Source of the DNA: Blastocladiella emersonii ATCC 22665
Lineage: Eukaryota; Fungi; Blastocladiomycota
Reading direction: 5' to 3'
Assembly (NCBI GenBank): GCA_025594325.1
Contig: JANHCV010000015.1
Location: forward strand, 434,001-498,000
Length of the DNA: 64,000 nucleotides
Shown: in pieces, positions 22,855-33,251 of the stretch
Numbering within the stretch: the stretch's first letter is position 1
Layout of the letters: every line of letters starts with the position of its first letter
Translations under genes and position numbers: made by a program
Notes under the pieces: generated by a model
What the model was told of the DNA's origin: nothing
Database searches by the model: none
The model's input: only the letters and a program-made list of their open reading frames with translations

Positions 22855-23023
22855 GCGTCAGGCCTGGCGTCACGGCTGACGCGACGATTTCTGCGTGGTC
22901 TGACGCCAGACCTGATGAAAAACATTTTGACCCTGGCGTCAGCCATCGCGTCGCGACCCACGCGTCGGACCTGACGTCAGGGGTGACGCCAGGCCCCTCA
23001 AGCTGGGAGCCGTTTTGGCAAGG
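22855..23023. repeat. Right subterminal repeat array and TIR
   Basis: About 6 CTGACGCCAG/CTGGCGTCAG-like copies, ending in ccgttttggcaagg. Confidence 0.8.
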
Positions 23024-24874
23024 CTTGCCGCGCGATCTACGACTCGGAGATCTGGGTCGCTCAACCGGTCTGGCGCCGCTTCTGCGCGCTCGTGTCAGGC
23101 GACGCGGACAAGTTCCTTGCGACGGTCCCGGCCTCCTTCGGCCCGTGCGACAAGCCCAGACGCAGCGAGCAGTGCCGCCCCGCCGCCGTCCAACGCATCT
23201 GTGCCGAGCTCGTGTCTGTGCCGAGCTCGTGAATGAGCTGCTTGACTTGTACCCACGCAACCGGTACGTCGCGGACCGCGGAAACAAGTGCGCTCGGATC
23301 TGGTCCGTCCTGTGCACCTGGGCCCGCGGCCGCGTGTACTTTGACAAGGCGACTTTGACCCGGCTGTAAATACGAGCCAAGCCAATTGACTTGCTTTTCT
23401 GAATCGGCTACTCGCAGACACTTGACGTGCTTCTGGAGCATCCCCAGCAGTTCCGCAAAGATCCTGCTGCTTCGGTTGCGGTCCTCAACGAGTTCGTTCA
23501 CGACCTCATGACACGGCAGCTCAAGGGCGGCGGGATGCTTCCGCTTGCGCGGTTCGTGGCCGACGTCGCTATCCTCGCTCACGGCGGCGTCGCGCTGACG
23601 TTGAGCGATTCGCTTGTTGGCGTCAGGTTTTCCAAAGGCGTCGCGCCCGTTCGAGCACGGGTCGAGTCGCAGCTTCGCCAGGCTTTCGCGGCCGCGCCAG
23701 GGATCTCGCCTGCCTTGACGCGCTCGTAGATCTCATCCGGACTCATGTCCTCAGCAGCACCTTCTTCGCGACCCCGTGGTCGCAATTAGGCCAATGCAGG
23801 TTGGAGCCGCGACGCATCGACTCTGTCGAAGAAGGCTTTGCGCAGGCTCGCATGTTCCAGCCGAACCGCGCGCTGCGGCAGGCGCTCGCGGCAGCATAGT
23901 CACGTCGCCGCGCGGATCCGACGTGGCCGATTTCCCGCGCCTCGCGGCGTACTGCCCGGCCATATTCTGCCTTGAGCCCGCGATTGATAGCTTGCCCGAC
24001 GCTTGGATATTGCTTGCCGACTCGCTCGGCGACACGAAATTACGGAAGTTCCGGCTCACCTTCGTCTCCGCATTCCACAAGGCGGCACGCCGCCGACCCG
24101 ACCTCGCCGAGCGTGCCCCTGAGCGCTGGGAGTGGCGCGTCTCGCCCGTGCACCGCCGCTCGCTGCAGGCGCTCATCGACGCCGAGGATCCAGGCGCGCC
24201 GGCGGCGTACGAGCCGAGTGATGGGCTCGTCAGCGTTCCTGCCAAGCCTGTCACGTTCATCCGCGGTTTGGTCAAGGACCGCCGCCTCGACCGCAAAGCG
24301 CGACGGGACTCCCAGGCTTCGTTCATCGGGCTGAACCCAGCGTGCCCCTCGCCTCTCTTCGCCGACACCAAAGAACTGCTGGACGTGTCGCACATCGGCG
24401 TCACCGGACTTGGCCTGCAGATGCTCACCGTAATCAAGCAGTTCACGGGTAACGGCCCGAGCGCCCGCTGCCTCGCCGAGTCGGTCACCACGTTGCGCGG
24501 GCATCCGTGGCGCATGTCAGCCGAGCTTGTAAACCGGATCCTGAGCGCTCCGAGGGCCGTGGCCCAGAAGCGGGAAATCGAGGCGTATTTCATGGGCGCG
24601 AGGACGAGCGGGGTGTTGGTGAACCAGGAAAATGTTGACAGGGTCCTTGCGTGGATGCAGACATAATAGATTCACTTGGTGTGTTTTAGAGCGGGATGGA
24701 GGTCGAGGTGCTGCATGAGGCCGACGCATCGAGGGAGTGACGGTTCAAAATCGAGTGGCGCAACGCGTCTCCCGTCGCGTCTCGCACCCGGCGTCTCGCA
24801 GCCACCTTGATCGCGAATGCACCTCGGCAGCTCAATATGCCCCCTGAACTCGCAAACTTAGCGATGTAACTCAA

Positions 24875-26869
24875 ATGGACTCTATGCAACTAGTCGCAGC
24901 AGTTCCGCAGATTGCCGAGGTGCTGCCGTGGAACGTGCAACGCCAGATCGCGTCGCACCTCACCTTCCGCGAGGCGGCCTCCCTTCGCGCGACCTGTCAC
25001 GCAGTCAACAACTCCGAGCTCTGGGTCGGCAAAGGGTTCTGGTGGAGCTTCGTCGCGCTCGTGTCGGGCGACGTGTCCAGGTTTCTCGCGACCGTCCCGC
25101 CGTACTTGGATCCGTGCGACGGACTTGAACGTGGCGAGCAGCGTCAATCTGCTGCTGCCCAGCGTCGTTGCGTGGAAATCCTGGATCACATCCTTCGCAT
25201 GGGCCCTCGCCTTCGCGCAGGCGCCAAGGACGAGCAAAGGTACGTTTGGATCTGGTCGACTCTGCGCGCCTGGACCGGCGACCGGATGTACCTCGACGAG
25301 TCAACGTTTGTCCGCCTCTACTCCAAGGCTTGTGAGAGTGGTAACTTCCAGCTCGTCACGTTCCTTGTGTCGCTCTCGACGTCCACCGGCGAAAACTGTC
25401 ACGATCTCTACTTCTTCAAGGAGACACCGCGCCCGTTCAACCACTGCGCCAAAACGTTCGGGCGCTTCTATTTCGCCAAGAACCTGACGACCACTCTTCT
25501 TCGTCACATGCTGTTCAGCGCGTACCGCGCTCGCGCTTGCGGCGCGATACCAGCCTCGTATTGTTTCTCCGTCGAACTTCTTGCCCAGCTCGATATCCTG
25601 CAAGCGATTGACGTTCTCCTCGAGCTTCCTCGCCAGGCCCGCGCAGACCCCGCCAAAGCGCCGCAACTGATTGCCGATTTTTTCCAGAACCTTGCAACGC
25701 GTCTGCTCAAGGGCAACGGTGCACTTCCGCTCGCTCGATTCTTGTCCGATCTCGCTCTTCTCGCCCATGGAGGCAACACGCCGGTGTTTCTCGGGACACC
25801 GCTGGATGTCGACCTTCCCAACGGTATCGCACCTGTCCGAGCGCGAGTAGAGGCGCAGGCTCAGGCGTGCCATGATCGTCCCGACCGCAGCACGGATCTC
25901 GCGCGACTTGACGCTCTCGTCGACCTGTACCGCGCTCACGTCCTCGGCAGAAACCACGTCGCGCAAACGTGGTCTCACTTCGCTCGCTTCGCATCGGGGC
26001 CGAGACGCATCGACTTTGTCGAGGAAGCTTTCGCGCAGGCTCGCATGCTTCGGCCCAACAGCATCGTCTTACAGGCACTCGTTGACGGCCTTGTCACGTC
26101 GCCGCGCGGCTCGGACGTGTCCGACTTCGCGCGTCTCGCGGCGTACTGCCCGGCCATCTTCTGCTGCTATCCCGCTATCAACTGGTTGCCCGACGCGTGG
26201 GTCCTGCTTGTTGACCCGCTCACCGACGACCAGTGGCGCGAGCTCCAACAGAAGCTTGTTTCTCGCTTTCACGACGCAGTGAGATGCTGGCCGACCACCA
26301 GCGAGCGCGCCGCCGACGCCTGGGAGTGGCGCGTCGCGCCCGTGCACCGCCGCTTTCTGCAGGCTCTCATCGATGTCGAGTATCCGGGCGCACCGCGCAT
26401 TCACGATCCGGTCACCGAGCCCGTCAAGCGCCCGAACAAGATCGCGTCATTCTTCAATGACCTGTTCAAGGACCGGCGCCTCAAGGCCAAGTCCAAGGCG
26501 CTGCGGGACTCGATGGCTGTGTCGCTCGACGACGCGGCTGGTCCGTGGCCGCAGTTTGCCGAAAAGGTGGAGCCTGCCGACGTCTCGCGCATCGGCGTCA
26601 ACGGGCTCGGCCTGCAGATGCTCACCGTGATCAAGCAGTACACGGGCAACGAGCGGAACGCCCGCTGGCTTGCCGAGTCCGTCACCACGCTGCGCGGGCA
26701 GCTGTGGCGCATGTCGCCCGCGCTCGTTGACGAGATCCTCTCGGCGCCGTGGGCTGGCGCTCAGAAACGTGGGCTTGCGGTGTACTTTGCGGGCGCGAGG
26801 GCGAGCGGGGTGTTGGCGAGTGAGGAGGCGTATGCCAAGGTCCGCAAGTGGATGAAGTCAATGAACTGA
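24875..26869 (+). CDS. F-box-like family copy 2 (intact, 664 aa): N-terminal F-box-like motif plus unknown C-terminal region
   Basis: LPWNVQRQIASHLTFREAASLRATCHAV fits the F-box pattern. Intronless; colinear with two flanking pseudogenes. Confidence 0.7.
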   Translation: MDSMQLVAAVPQIAEVLPWNVQRQIASHLTFREAASLRATCHAVNNSELWVGKGFWWSFVALVSGDVSRFLATVPPYLDPCDGLERGEQRQSAAAQRRCVEILDHILRMGPRLRAGAKDEQRYVWIWSTLRAWTGDRMYLDESTFVRLYSKACESGNFQLVTFLVSLSTSTGENCHDLYFFKETPRPFNHCAKTFGRFYFAKNLTTTLLRHMLFSAYRARACGAIPASYCFSVELLAQLDILQAIDVLLELPRQARADPAKAPQLIADFFQNLATRLLKGNGALPLARFLSDLALLAHGGNTPVFLGTPLDVDLPNGIAPVRARVEAQAQACHDRPDRSTDLARLDALVDLYRAHVLGRNHVAQTWSHFARFASGPRRIDFVEEAFAQARMLRPNSIVLQALVDGLVTSPRGSDVSDFARLAAYCPAIFCCYPAINWLPDAWVLLVDPLTDDQWRELQQKLVSRFHDAVRCWPTTSERAADAWEWRVAPVHRRFLQALIDVEYPGAPRIHDPVTEPVKRPNKIASFFNDLFKDRRLKAKSKALRDSMAVSLDDAAGPWPQFAEKVEPADVSRIGVNGLGLQMLTVIKQYTGNERNARWLAESVTTLRGQLWRMSPALVDEILSAPWAGAQKRGLAVYFAGARASGVLASEEAYAKVRKWMKSMN

Positions 26870-27079
26870 ATAGACCGTGTTGCACGTTGCGAAGCTCATC
26901 AGACGCGTGGTGAGTAGACTCGAGCTCGCGACCACGGAAGGAAGGTCGGCACGTCTGCATGGATCATGTCGCACGTGAGCGGCGCGACGCGTCTCGCATG
27001 CCATGTATCGCATCCTTTATCGTTCAATCAAGGCTCGCTTCTTCTCTTCGACCTCGACAATGTCGGGCATGGAGCTAAA

Positions 27080-28809
27080 ATGAACTCCATGCAACCATTT
27101 ATACCACGGATCGTCAACCCGTTGCCGGTGGACGCGCAGCGCCAGGTCGCGTCGTACCTTGGAATCTGTGACGCGGCCGCACTTCGCGCAACCTGTCGCG
27201 CGGTCTACGACTCCGATCTTTGGACAGACGGCCCCCATTTTCGGCGGTTCCTTGCGCTCGTCTCGGGCGACCTGTCCAAGTTTCTCGCACACGTGCCGCC
27301 CTTCTGCGGCCCGCGCCGCAAGCCGAGTCGTGGCGAGCGCAACGGCAAGAGCTGCCACGATCTCTTCTACTTCTGCCTCCCCCAGCCGCCGTTCAAGCAC
27401 GGTATTTTTCTCGTGGTCCATGTCTTCGTTCGCATGGGACACACCGACTGCACCGCCTTGCTGAGACGAGTGATGTACAGCGGATATCGCGCTCATGCCA
27501 GTCGCATGAATCCTGGCCTCGCCGACCCGATGAGCATTCTTGTTCAGTTCGAGCTTTCGCGCGTCATTGACGTGCTCTTGGAGCTCCCTCGCCAAGCTCG
27601 TGCGGATCCCGCTGACTCGTCCGGCGTGATCAACAAGATTCTTCAAACTCTCATGTCCCAGATTCTCAACGACGGCGGGATGCTTCCGCTCGCTCGGTTC
27701 GTGGTCGATCTTGCTATTCTCGCCCACCGCGGCGACTCGTCAACTTACGACGGGTCGAGCGTGGCCGTCTACCTTCCCGACGGGATTGCACCGGTTCGAG
27801 CGCGTGTCGAGGCGCAGCTTCGCCGAGACCACCGTGGCCGTGCCAAAGATCTGGTCGGACTCGACGCTCTCATCGACCTCATCTGAGTCTTCGTCCTTGA
27901 CGGCAGTATTTTCGCTCCACCGTGGTCCGAATTCGTCCAGTTCGGCTCCCGACCAAAGTCGTTCGAGTTCATTCAAGAAGCCATCGCGCAAGCTCGAATG
28001 TACCAGCCGAACCGCTTCATTATGCAATCGCTTTCCGACGCGCTCGTCCACACGCTCCGCGGATGCAGCGTGGCCAACTATCCGCGCCTCGCGGTGTACT
28101 GCCCAGCGGCGTTCTGCCTCGAGCCCGGTATCCATTCGCTGCCCGACACTTGGACGCTCCGCGCGGACTCGGGTCCAGACGACGAGTGGTGCGAACTCCA
28201 GTTGGCTTTCGTCACGGCGTTCCAGGAAGCGGCGCGCCGCGTGCCCAAGATAGCGGAGCGCACGGCCGAGTGGTGGGAGTGGCGCGTCGCGCCGGAGTAC
28301 CGCAACGTGTTGCAGGCTCTCATTGACGCTGAGTATCCCGGCTCGCCTCGTATTCAGGAGTTTGACTCTGCACGTAAAGTTGGGAGCGTAGCGTACATTC
28401 CTCCGAAAGCGACCACGTCCCGCAGCTCGCGCAAAAGCGGACCGCGGCACACCAAACCCTCATTGACTGCGGCTTCAGTCGAGCCCACGCCGTGGTTCGC
28501 GGTCACTGACGAGCCGGTGGATATCTCGCCGATCGTGGTCAACGGGCTCGGCCTTCAGATGCTTGCCGTAATCGTGCAGTACACGAACAACGCGAGCGAC
28601 GCCAAGTGGCTCGCCGAGTCGATCACTACTCTGCGCGGCCACTCGTGGCGGATGTCGCCCGAAATCGTGGATCAGATCCTCGCCGCGCCGTGGGCGGTCG
28701 AGCAAAGTGAAGGACTCGCGGCGTATTTCGAGGGTGCGCGGAGAGCGGCGTCCTGTGCGATCCGGCGTCTTGTGCCAAGGTTTATGCGTGGCTCAATGAC
28801 TTTTCTTAA
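27080..28809 (+). pseudogene. F-box-like family copy 3 with internal deletion, in-frame TGA (27884-27886) and a 3' frameshift
   Basis: MNSMQPFIPRIVNPLPVDAQRQVASYLGICDAAALRATC; a long segment is missing relative to copy 2. ORFs 26966-27886 and 27998-28945 are in one frame across a single TGA. A shift near 28740 restores a copy-2-like end. Confidence 0.8.
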
Positions 28810-29008
28810 ATATATGCCTTCTGTCCGTCTAGTGTTGCGAGCCATCAGGTGTGAGTATCGCAGAGACTCGGCGTGGAGCGTGATCGTGAGGCTCAACGGC
28901 ACGTGGGTGTGGCGCCGCCTCCCGCGGAGATATTTTGCCTCCTGATCGCAGTCCAAACTCGCCCACCCCGTCGTCCCTTGCGCTCTCTCTCCGACCCCAC
29001 TCCCAGCG

Positions 29009-30820
29009 ATGAAGCGAATGGATAACACTTCCGGCAAAGGCTTGCCGAGTCCTTCCGAGACCCCGCCAACGCTTTTGCCAGCCGCGGGTCGACAAATTTC
29101 TTCTCGTCCACCTGTCGCCCCGCCGGCCGGTCCAGTTCAGCACCAGTACTATATGATGCCGGCTCAACCCGCAGTCGCCTACTACCAACCGCAGCTTTTT
29201 CCGACCACGCTGTCCCAGTACCCTTCTGGCTACTTGCAGCCTGCTGTGCAGCAACAGCAGCCGCCGCAACATCCGCCTGCGCACCCCGACTTTGGCGACG
29301 TAGCACACCTTCGCACCCGGAACGCCGCACTCGAGCTCGAGTTGAAGGTGCTTCGCGCCGAGCACGATAAGCTCGTGGCGGACCGAGCACAGGAGCAGCA
29401 AACCGTCACCGAATCGCTCGCACAGCATGCTTCGCGACTCGACCAGCTCCGGAACCAAGTAACCTCCGCGCGCGCCGAGCGCGACGAGGTCGCCGACGCG
29501 CTTGCTGCGGCCAATTCGGTGCTCGAGGACACGGACGTCGAATGCAAGCGGCTCGCATCGGAACTTAGCGAGACCCGGACCGCGCTCGAGCAGGCGCGCG
29601 CCGAGTACGCCGTGCTTGCCCGCCACCGTGAGGACGCCGTTTTGCGCTGCACCGTCCTCGAGGCGCAGCTTACCGAATCCGCCGCGAAGCTCGCTCAGCT
29701 TCTTCTTGACGCCAAGGAACGGTTTGCCGAAGCCGCACCTGCTTCTAGCGTGGACGATGAAGCCGAGTTGGTACGGCTGGGCGCGGATTACCATCGCACG
29801 GCCAAGTGCCTTGCTATCGCCGAGTCCAAGGCCGCCGGCCTTGCCTTCGAGCTTGCTTCCGCGACCAAGGCTCTCGAACACGCGACGAAATCCTCGGCCG
29901 AGCTTTCCACGAAATGCGATTCCCTTCTCGCTCGAGCGCTTTCCGCCGAGCAGGCGCACAGCAAGCTTGCCAAGGAACTCGACGATGCCAAACTCCAACT
30001 CGAGGGGTCGAATGCCCAGCTTACCAAGGAACTTGACGATGCCAAACGCCAACTCGAGGCGTCTAGTGCGCAGCTTGCCAAGGAACTTGACGATGCCAAA
30101 CGCCAGCTCGAGGGGGCAAATGCCCAGCTCGCCCAGCTCGCTCAAGTCCAGCAGGAGCTGGACGCGACCGCCATGGAAAACAGCCGCCTCGTTGTCCAGC
30201 TTGCCGACATCAACTCCGAGCTTGGTCAACAGCGGACCGACATCGCCAGTCTTGTGGACCAGCTCGAGGAGGCCCAGACGCTCGCCGAGGTGCACCTCGC
30301 AGCCCGCAATGGCGCCGAGTTGGAGCTCGAGCAGGAGCGCACCGAGCACGCCGAGACGACGCGTCGCCTCGCTTTGATTCAGCGCCGCTTGGAGACTGCC
30401 ACCGCGAACCAGGCGGCTGACCCGGGCTCCGCAGCTTCCACGGCGGAGCCGGGACCTGCTTCGGCCTCAACTTCACAGCGCCCGCTTGCTGCTGAATCGC
30501 TGCCGCCACAGCCTTCTTCTCAGTCGCAGCCCGCCAGCAGGCGCCGGGCCTTCGAGAGCGACAACGATGTGCACTTCAGCAGCAGCGACGACGAGGTTGT
30601 AGTCAAGCGCCCGCGATACTCAAACGAGTACCTGGTTAGAACAATCTGTGATGCCCAGCCTGCGGACGACGGCAAGGTCAGGTACCACGTCCTGCGCCAC
30701 GGCTACAAGAACCGCGTCTGGAAGTCGTATGAAGAACTCCTCGCCGCCAACCCCAGGAATGCGGACCTTATCGCCGAGTTCCACGCCCAGAACCCGGACG
30801 TGCCCGATCCCCGCGAGTAG
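29009..30820 (+). CDS. Coiled-coil protein with C-terminal atypical chromodomain, copy 1
   Basis: P/Q-rich N-terminus, long heptad region, KRPR, then EYLVRTICDAQ...VRYHVLRHGYKNRVWKSYEEL...EFHAQNPDVPDP. The family-homologous start is the second ATG (29018, MDNTS). Confidence 0.8.
   Translation: MKRMDNTSGKGLPSPSETPPTLLPAAGRQISSRPPVAPPAGPVQHQYYMMPAQPAVAYYQPQLFPTTLSQYPSGYLQPAVQQQQPPQHPPAHPDFGDVAHLRTRNAALELELKVLRAEHDKLVADRAQEQQTVTESLAQHASRLDQLRNQVTSARAERDEVADALAAANSVLEDTDVECKRLASELSETRTALEQARAEYAVLARHREDAVLRCTVLEAQLTESAAKLAQLLLDAKERFAEAAPASSVDDEAELVRLGADYHRTAKCLAIAESKAAGLAFELASATKALEHATKSSAELSTKCDSLLARALSAEQAHSKLAKELDDAKLQLEGSNAQLTKELDDAKRQLEASSAQLAKELDDAKRQLEGANAQLAQLAQVQQELDATAMENSRLVVQLADINSELGQQRTDIASLVDQLEEAQTLAEVHLAARNGAELELEQERTEHAETTRRLALIQRRLETATANQAADPGSAASTAEPGPASASTSQRPLAAESLPPQPSSQSQPASRRRAFESDNDVHFSSSDDEVVVKRPRYSNEYLVRTICDAQPADDGKVRYHVLRHGYKNRVWKSYEELLAANPRNADLIAEFHAQNPDVPDPRE
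29972..30133 (+). repeat. 3 x 54-bp (18-aa) coding tandem repeat KELDDAK(L/R)QLExxxAQL(T/A)
   Basis: caaggaact(c/t)gacgatgccaaa occurs three times at 54-nt spacing; paralogs carry one unit. Confidence 0.9.
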
Positions 30821-31170
30821 CGCTCGTTTTTGACGGTGCTGAGTGTATGATACATGACTTTTCTTATTCGCATGACTGGTCGATCGGTTGAAGTTGTGAG
30901 CGGTGTGTTGACCTCGTCGTCGTCCTTTCGTCGATCAGTCGAACTTGTGAGCAGTGTGTTGACCTCGTCGTCCTTTCGCCTCGGACTTGGCGCGAGACGA
31001 ACATGACCATCGCGTGAGCGTTCTGCAGCACGCCATTCCCGGCTGACACAGAGTGTGGCTTGGCGGCAGATCAGCCACCAGCTTGAACGACCGCCGCGAC
31101 GGCTGCCGCTCCCTCGTCAGCCTGAGAACCACGAAGCGAATGGATTTAACCCCTGGCTACTAGTTGCATT

Positions 31171-32892
31171 ATGTCCGCCGGATTGCCTTCAGCGCAGACG
31201 TCCGATGCTCAGCGTGTTGCGGATGCGGCCCAATATCGACCTGACGGCCAGCCAACGTCGCAGGCTCAGTATCGCCCGCTTCCTCCGCGGCCCACCACCT
31301 CGCTTGTGCCTTCCCACTTCGACCATCCGGTAACAAACAACAGCTGCGCACCGGCGTATGAACAACAGCAGCGGAACCCTCCCCCCTCAACTCCGGAAAC
31401 GCCTTCGACCCAGACCACTGACGCCCGATTCGACTATTCTTCACTTGGCGGACTATCGCAGATTCTTGCACGAAATGCTGCCCTCGAGCGGGTCGTCACA
31501 ACGCTTACGGCCGAGCGCGACACCTTGCTGGCCGAGCGCGCTAGAATGCAAAAAGCTTGGCGGCAGTGCGAGGAGTCGTACGCTGCCCAGTACGCTTCGT
31601 TACACCTCCATCATGCTGCCGAATCCAAAAAGTGCCAAGCTTACGCGAAGCAGCTGGATGCTGCTCACGCTACAACTGCGCAGGCCAACCACCACGTTGC
31701 GCGCTTGCAGTCGGAGATCGAGCGAACTCGAGCGGAGCGCGACGAGGTGACCGAGCATCTTACCCTTTCCAACAAGCTGCTCGAGGATGCCGAATGCGAA
31801 AAACAGCGCCTTTTGGCCGAGCTCGACGAGTGTCGCGCGGCTCTCGAACGCGCGAGCGCGGACCAGGCTGCGCTTGCCCAGGAGCGCGACGATGCTGTCG
31901 CTCGCTGCGCGCGCGTCGAACCACGGGCTCCAGATTCCGCGGCTCTTCTTGAACTTGCGCGCGTCAAGCACGACATCACCCCTCAGCGGATTTCCACGGC
32001 CAAGCAACGAATTGGTGAATTGATGGCGCAGCTCGACGATGCCCGCTCACACCTCTCGAACCTCTCGCTGCAACTCGACTCGGCCAACGCTCGCGCCGAC
32101 GAGGCTGAGCGGAAGGCCCAGGCCCTTGCCGCCGAGCTTGTTAGGTTCACCGTGGCGCGCGAGCGTGTGTTTTCCGCGCAAGATACGCCGGCCGAGAAAA
32201 TCGATCCCGCATCTACCCAAGCAACTTATGCTGAGCAGGTGGGCAGCGATCCTGTCTCACAGCTTCACGACCACTGCGAGGAGCCCGAGAAAACCCGTTC
32301 CGCGCAGCCTTTGACCATGCGCACGGATAACACCTTGCTCGCGAACCAACGCCAAATTACGCATATGCGCGCTGTGCATGAACAGCAGCGCTCCACACGC
32401 TTCGAATCGGCCAACCAACGCGCTTCAGCGGAGCGGCTTTCGCCGTCGTACCCGCCCACCACTTCCGCTTTGGAGCCCGCTCTCCCCACGACGCCGCTCT
32501 GCACTTTGTTGCCCGTTCCCGCCGCGGCACCGAGCTTGCCGCTAGAATCTGCCGCCGCCGCTCCTGCTTCCTCGGCTGCTCACAGCCGTCATTTGGGTGG
32601 TGACTTGCGCTCTCAATTGAATCCCCTTCACGAACGTCCTGAGTCTGGCGATGGCGGTCGCGTGGCGAAGTTGTTGCGGACCAAACGAGGCATCTATTTC
32701 GTCGAGAAAATCTTTGACTCTCGGCACGCTCGCGACGGATCAGTCGAGTACCTAGTCCAGCGGTGGGGCTTTCAGAGGAAGAACTGGAAGTCGTTCGACG
32801 AGCTTGTTGCCGTCGACCCCGATCACCTCAAAATCATTACCAAGTTTCACGCCGAGCACCCGTTCAAGCCGGATCCGCGTCGATTGTCATGA
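31171..32892 (+). CDS. Coiled-coil + chromodomain protein, copy 2
   Basis: YFVEKIFDSRHARDGSVEYLVQRWGFQRKNWKSFDEL...KFHAEHPFKPDP. The family-type start context (acgaagcgaATGGAT, 31140) runs into a stop, so ATG 31171 may be a rescue start. Confidence 0.75.
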   Translation: MSAGLPSAQTSDAQRVADAAQYRPDGQPTSQAQYRPLPPRPTTSLVPSHFDHPVTNNSCAPAYEQQQRNPPPSTPETPSTQTTDARFDYSSLGGLSQILARNAALERVVTTLTAERDTLLAERARMQKAWRQCEESYAAQYASLHLHHAAESKKCQAYAKQLDAAHATTAQANHHVARLQSEIERTRAERDEVTEHLTLSNKLLEDAECEKQRLLAELDECRAALERASADQAALAQERDDAVARCARVEPRAPDSAALLELARVKHDITPQRISTAKQRIGELMAQLDDARSHLSNLSLQLDSANARADEAERKAQALAAELVRFTVARERVFSAQDTPAEKIDPASTQATYAEQVGSDPVSQLHDHCEEPEKTRSAQPLTMRTDNTLLANQRQITHMRAVHEQQRSTRFESANQRASAERLSPSYPPTTSALEPALPTTPLCTLLPVPAAAPSLPLESAAAAPASSAAHSRHLGGDLRSQLNPLHERPESGDGGRVAKLLRTKRGIYFVEKIFDSRHARDGSVEYLVQRWGFQRKNWKSFDELVAVDPDHLKIITKFHAEHPFKPDPRRLS

Positions 32893-33251
32893 TCTTACAC
32901 TGGCACAATAGATCAATTGCTTCTTCTAGCCATGAATTGTGCGAGGCGAACTTTTTGCCGTCCCGATAACGAGTACGTTGCGGTGAGTGAAAATCGTCGC
33001 GAACGCGCGTTGCGCTTGCGTTCTGCGCACCAACGAGCGCTCAGGGAGAGCTACCAGCGTGCGGGAAGCAAGCGCGATGTCGAGTGAGGGATCATGCACA
33101 GTGCCTTGGGAGACATTCCAAGCACGCGTCAGCGGAGACGAGTCGCGACTTGTGCAGCACGTGCACGTGGCGATTGCTCGAATCGGGGTCATCCTCTCAG
33201 CGCGCGCGCACCACCGCTCTCGCCCATCACCTAACGCTGGACACGAAACTA

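Larger units (their letters stand above)
19038..23023. mobile_element. Non-autonomous CACTA/EnSpm (Plavaka-like) DNA transposon, 3,986 bp
   Basis: 3-bp TSD CTT at 19035-19037 and 23024-23026. Imperfect TIR: CATCGCCGAAACGG vs reverse complement CCTTGCCAAAACGG. Subterminal CTGACGCCAG motifs at both ends. Removing the element and one CTT restores gca act tgc cgc (ATCR) of the host gene. Confidence 0.85.
18922..24666 (+). pseudogene. F-box-like family copy 1, split by a transposon, with frameshifts and stops
   Basis: 5' part MEPMKLTTTVPRV-(frameshift)-VLPSDVQRHVALFPEIHEAAALRAT (18922-19037) resumes at 23027 as CRAIYDSEIWV...ALVSGDADKFLATVP, colinear with 24875-26869. A 17-bp tandem duplication near 23200 and in-frame stops follow. 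Confidence 0.85.

Noticed and set aside
30880-30985. Two-copy direct repeat gtgtgttgacctcgtcgtc between coiled-coil copies 1 and 2
   Set aside because: Isolated local duplication, not found in the other spacers.
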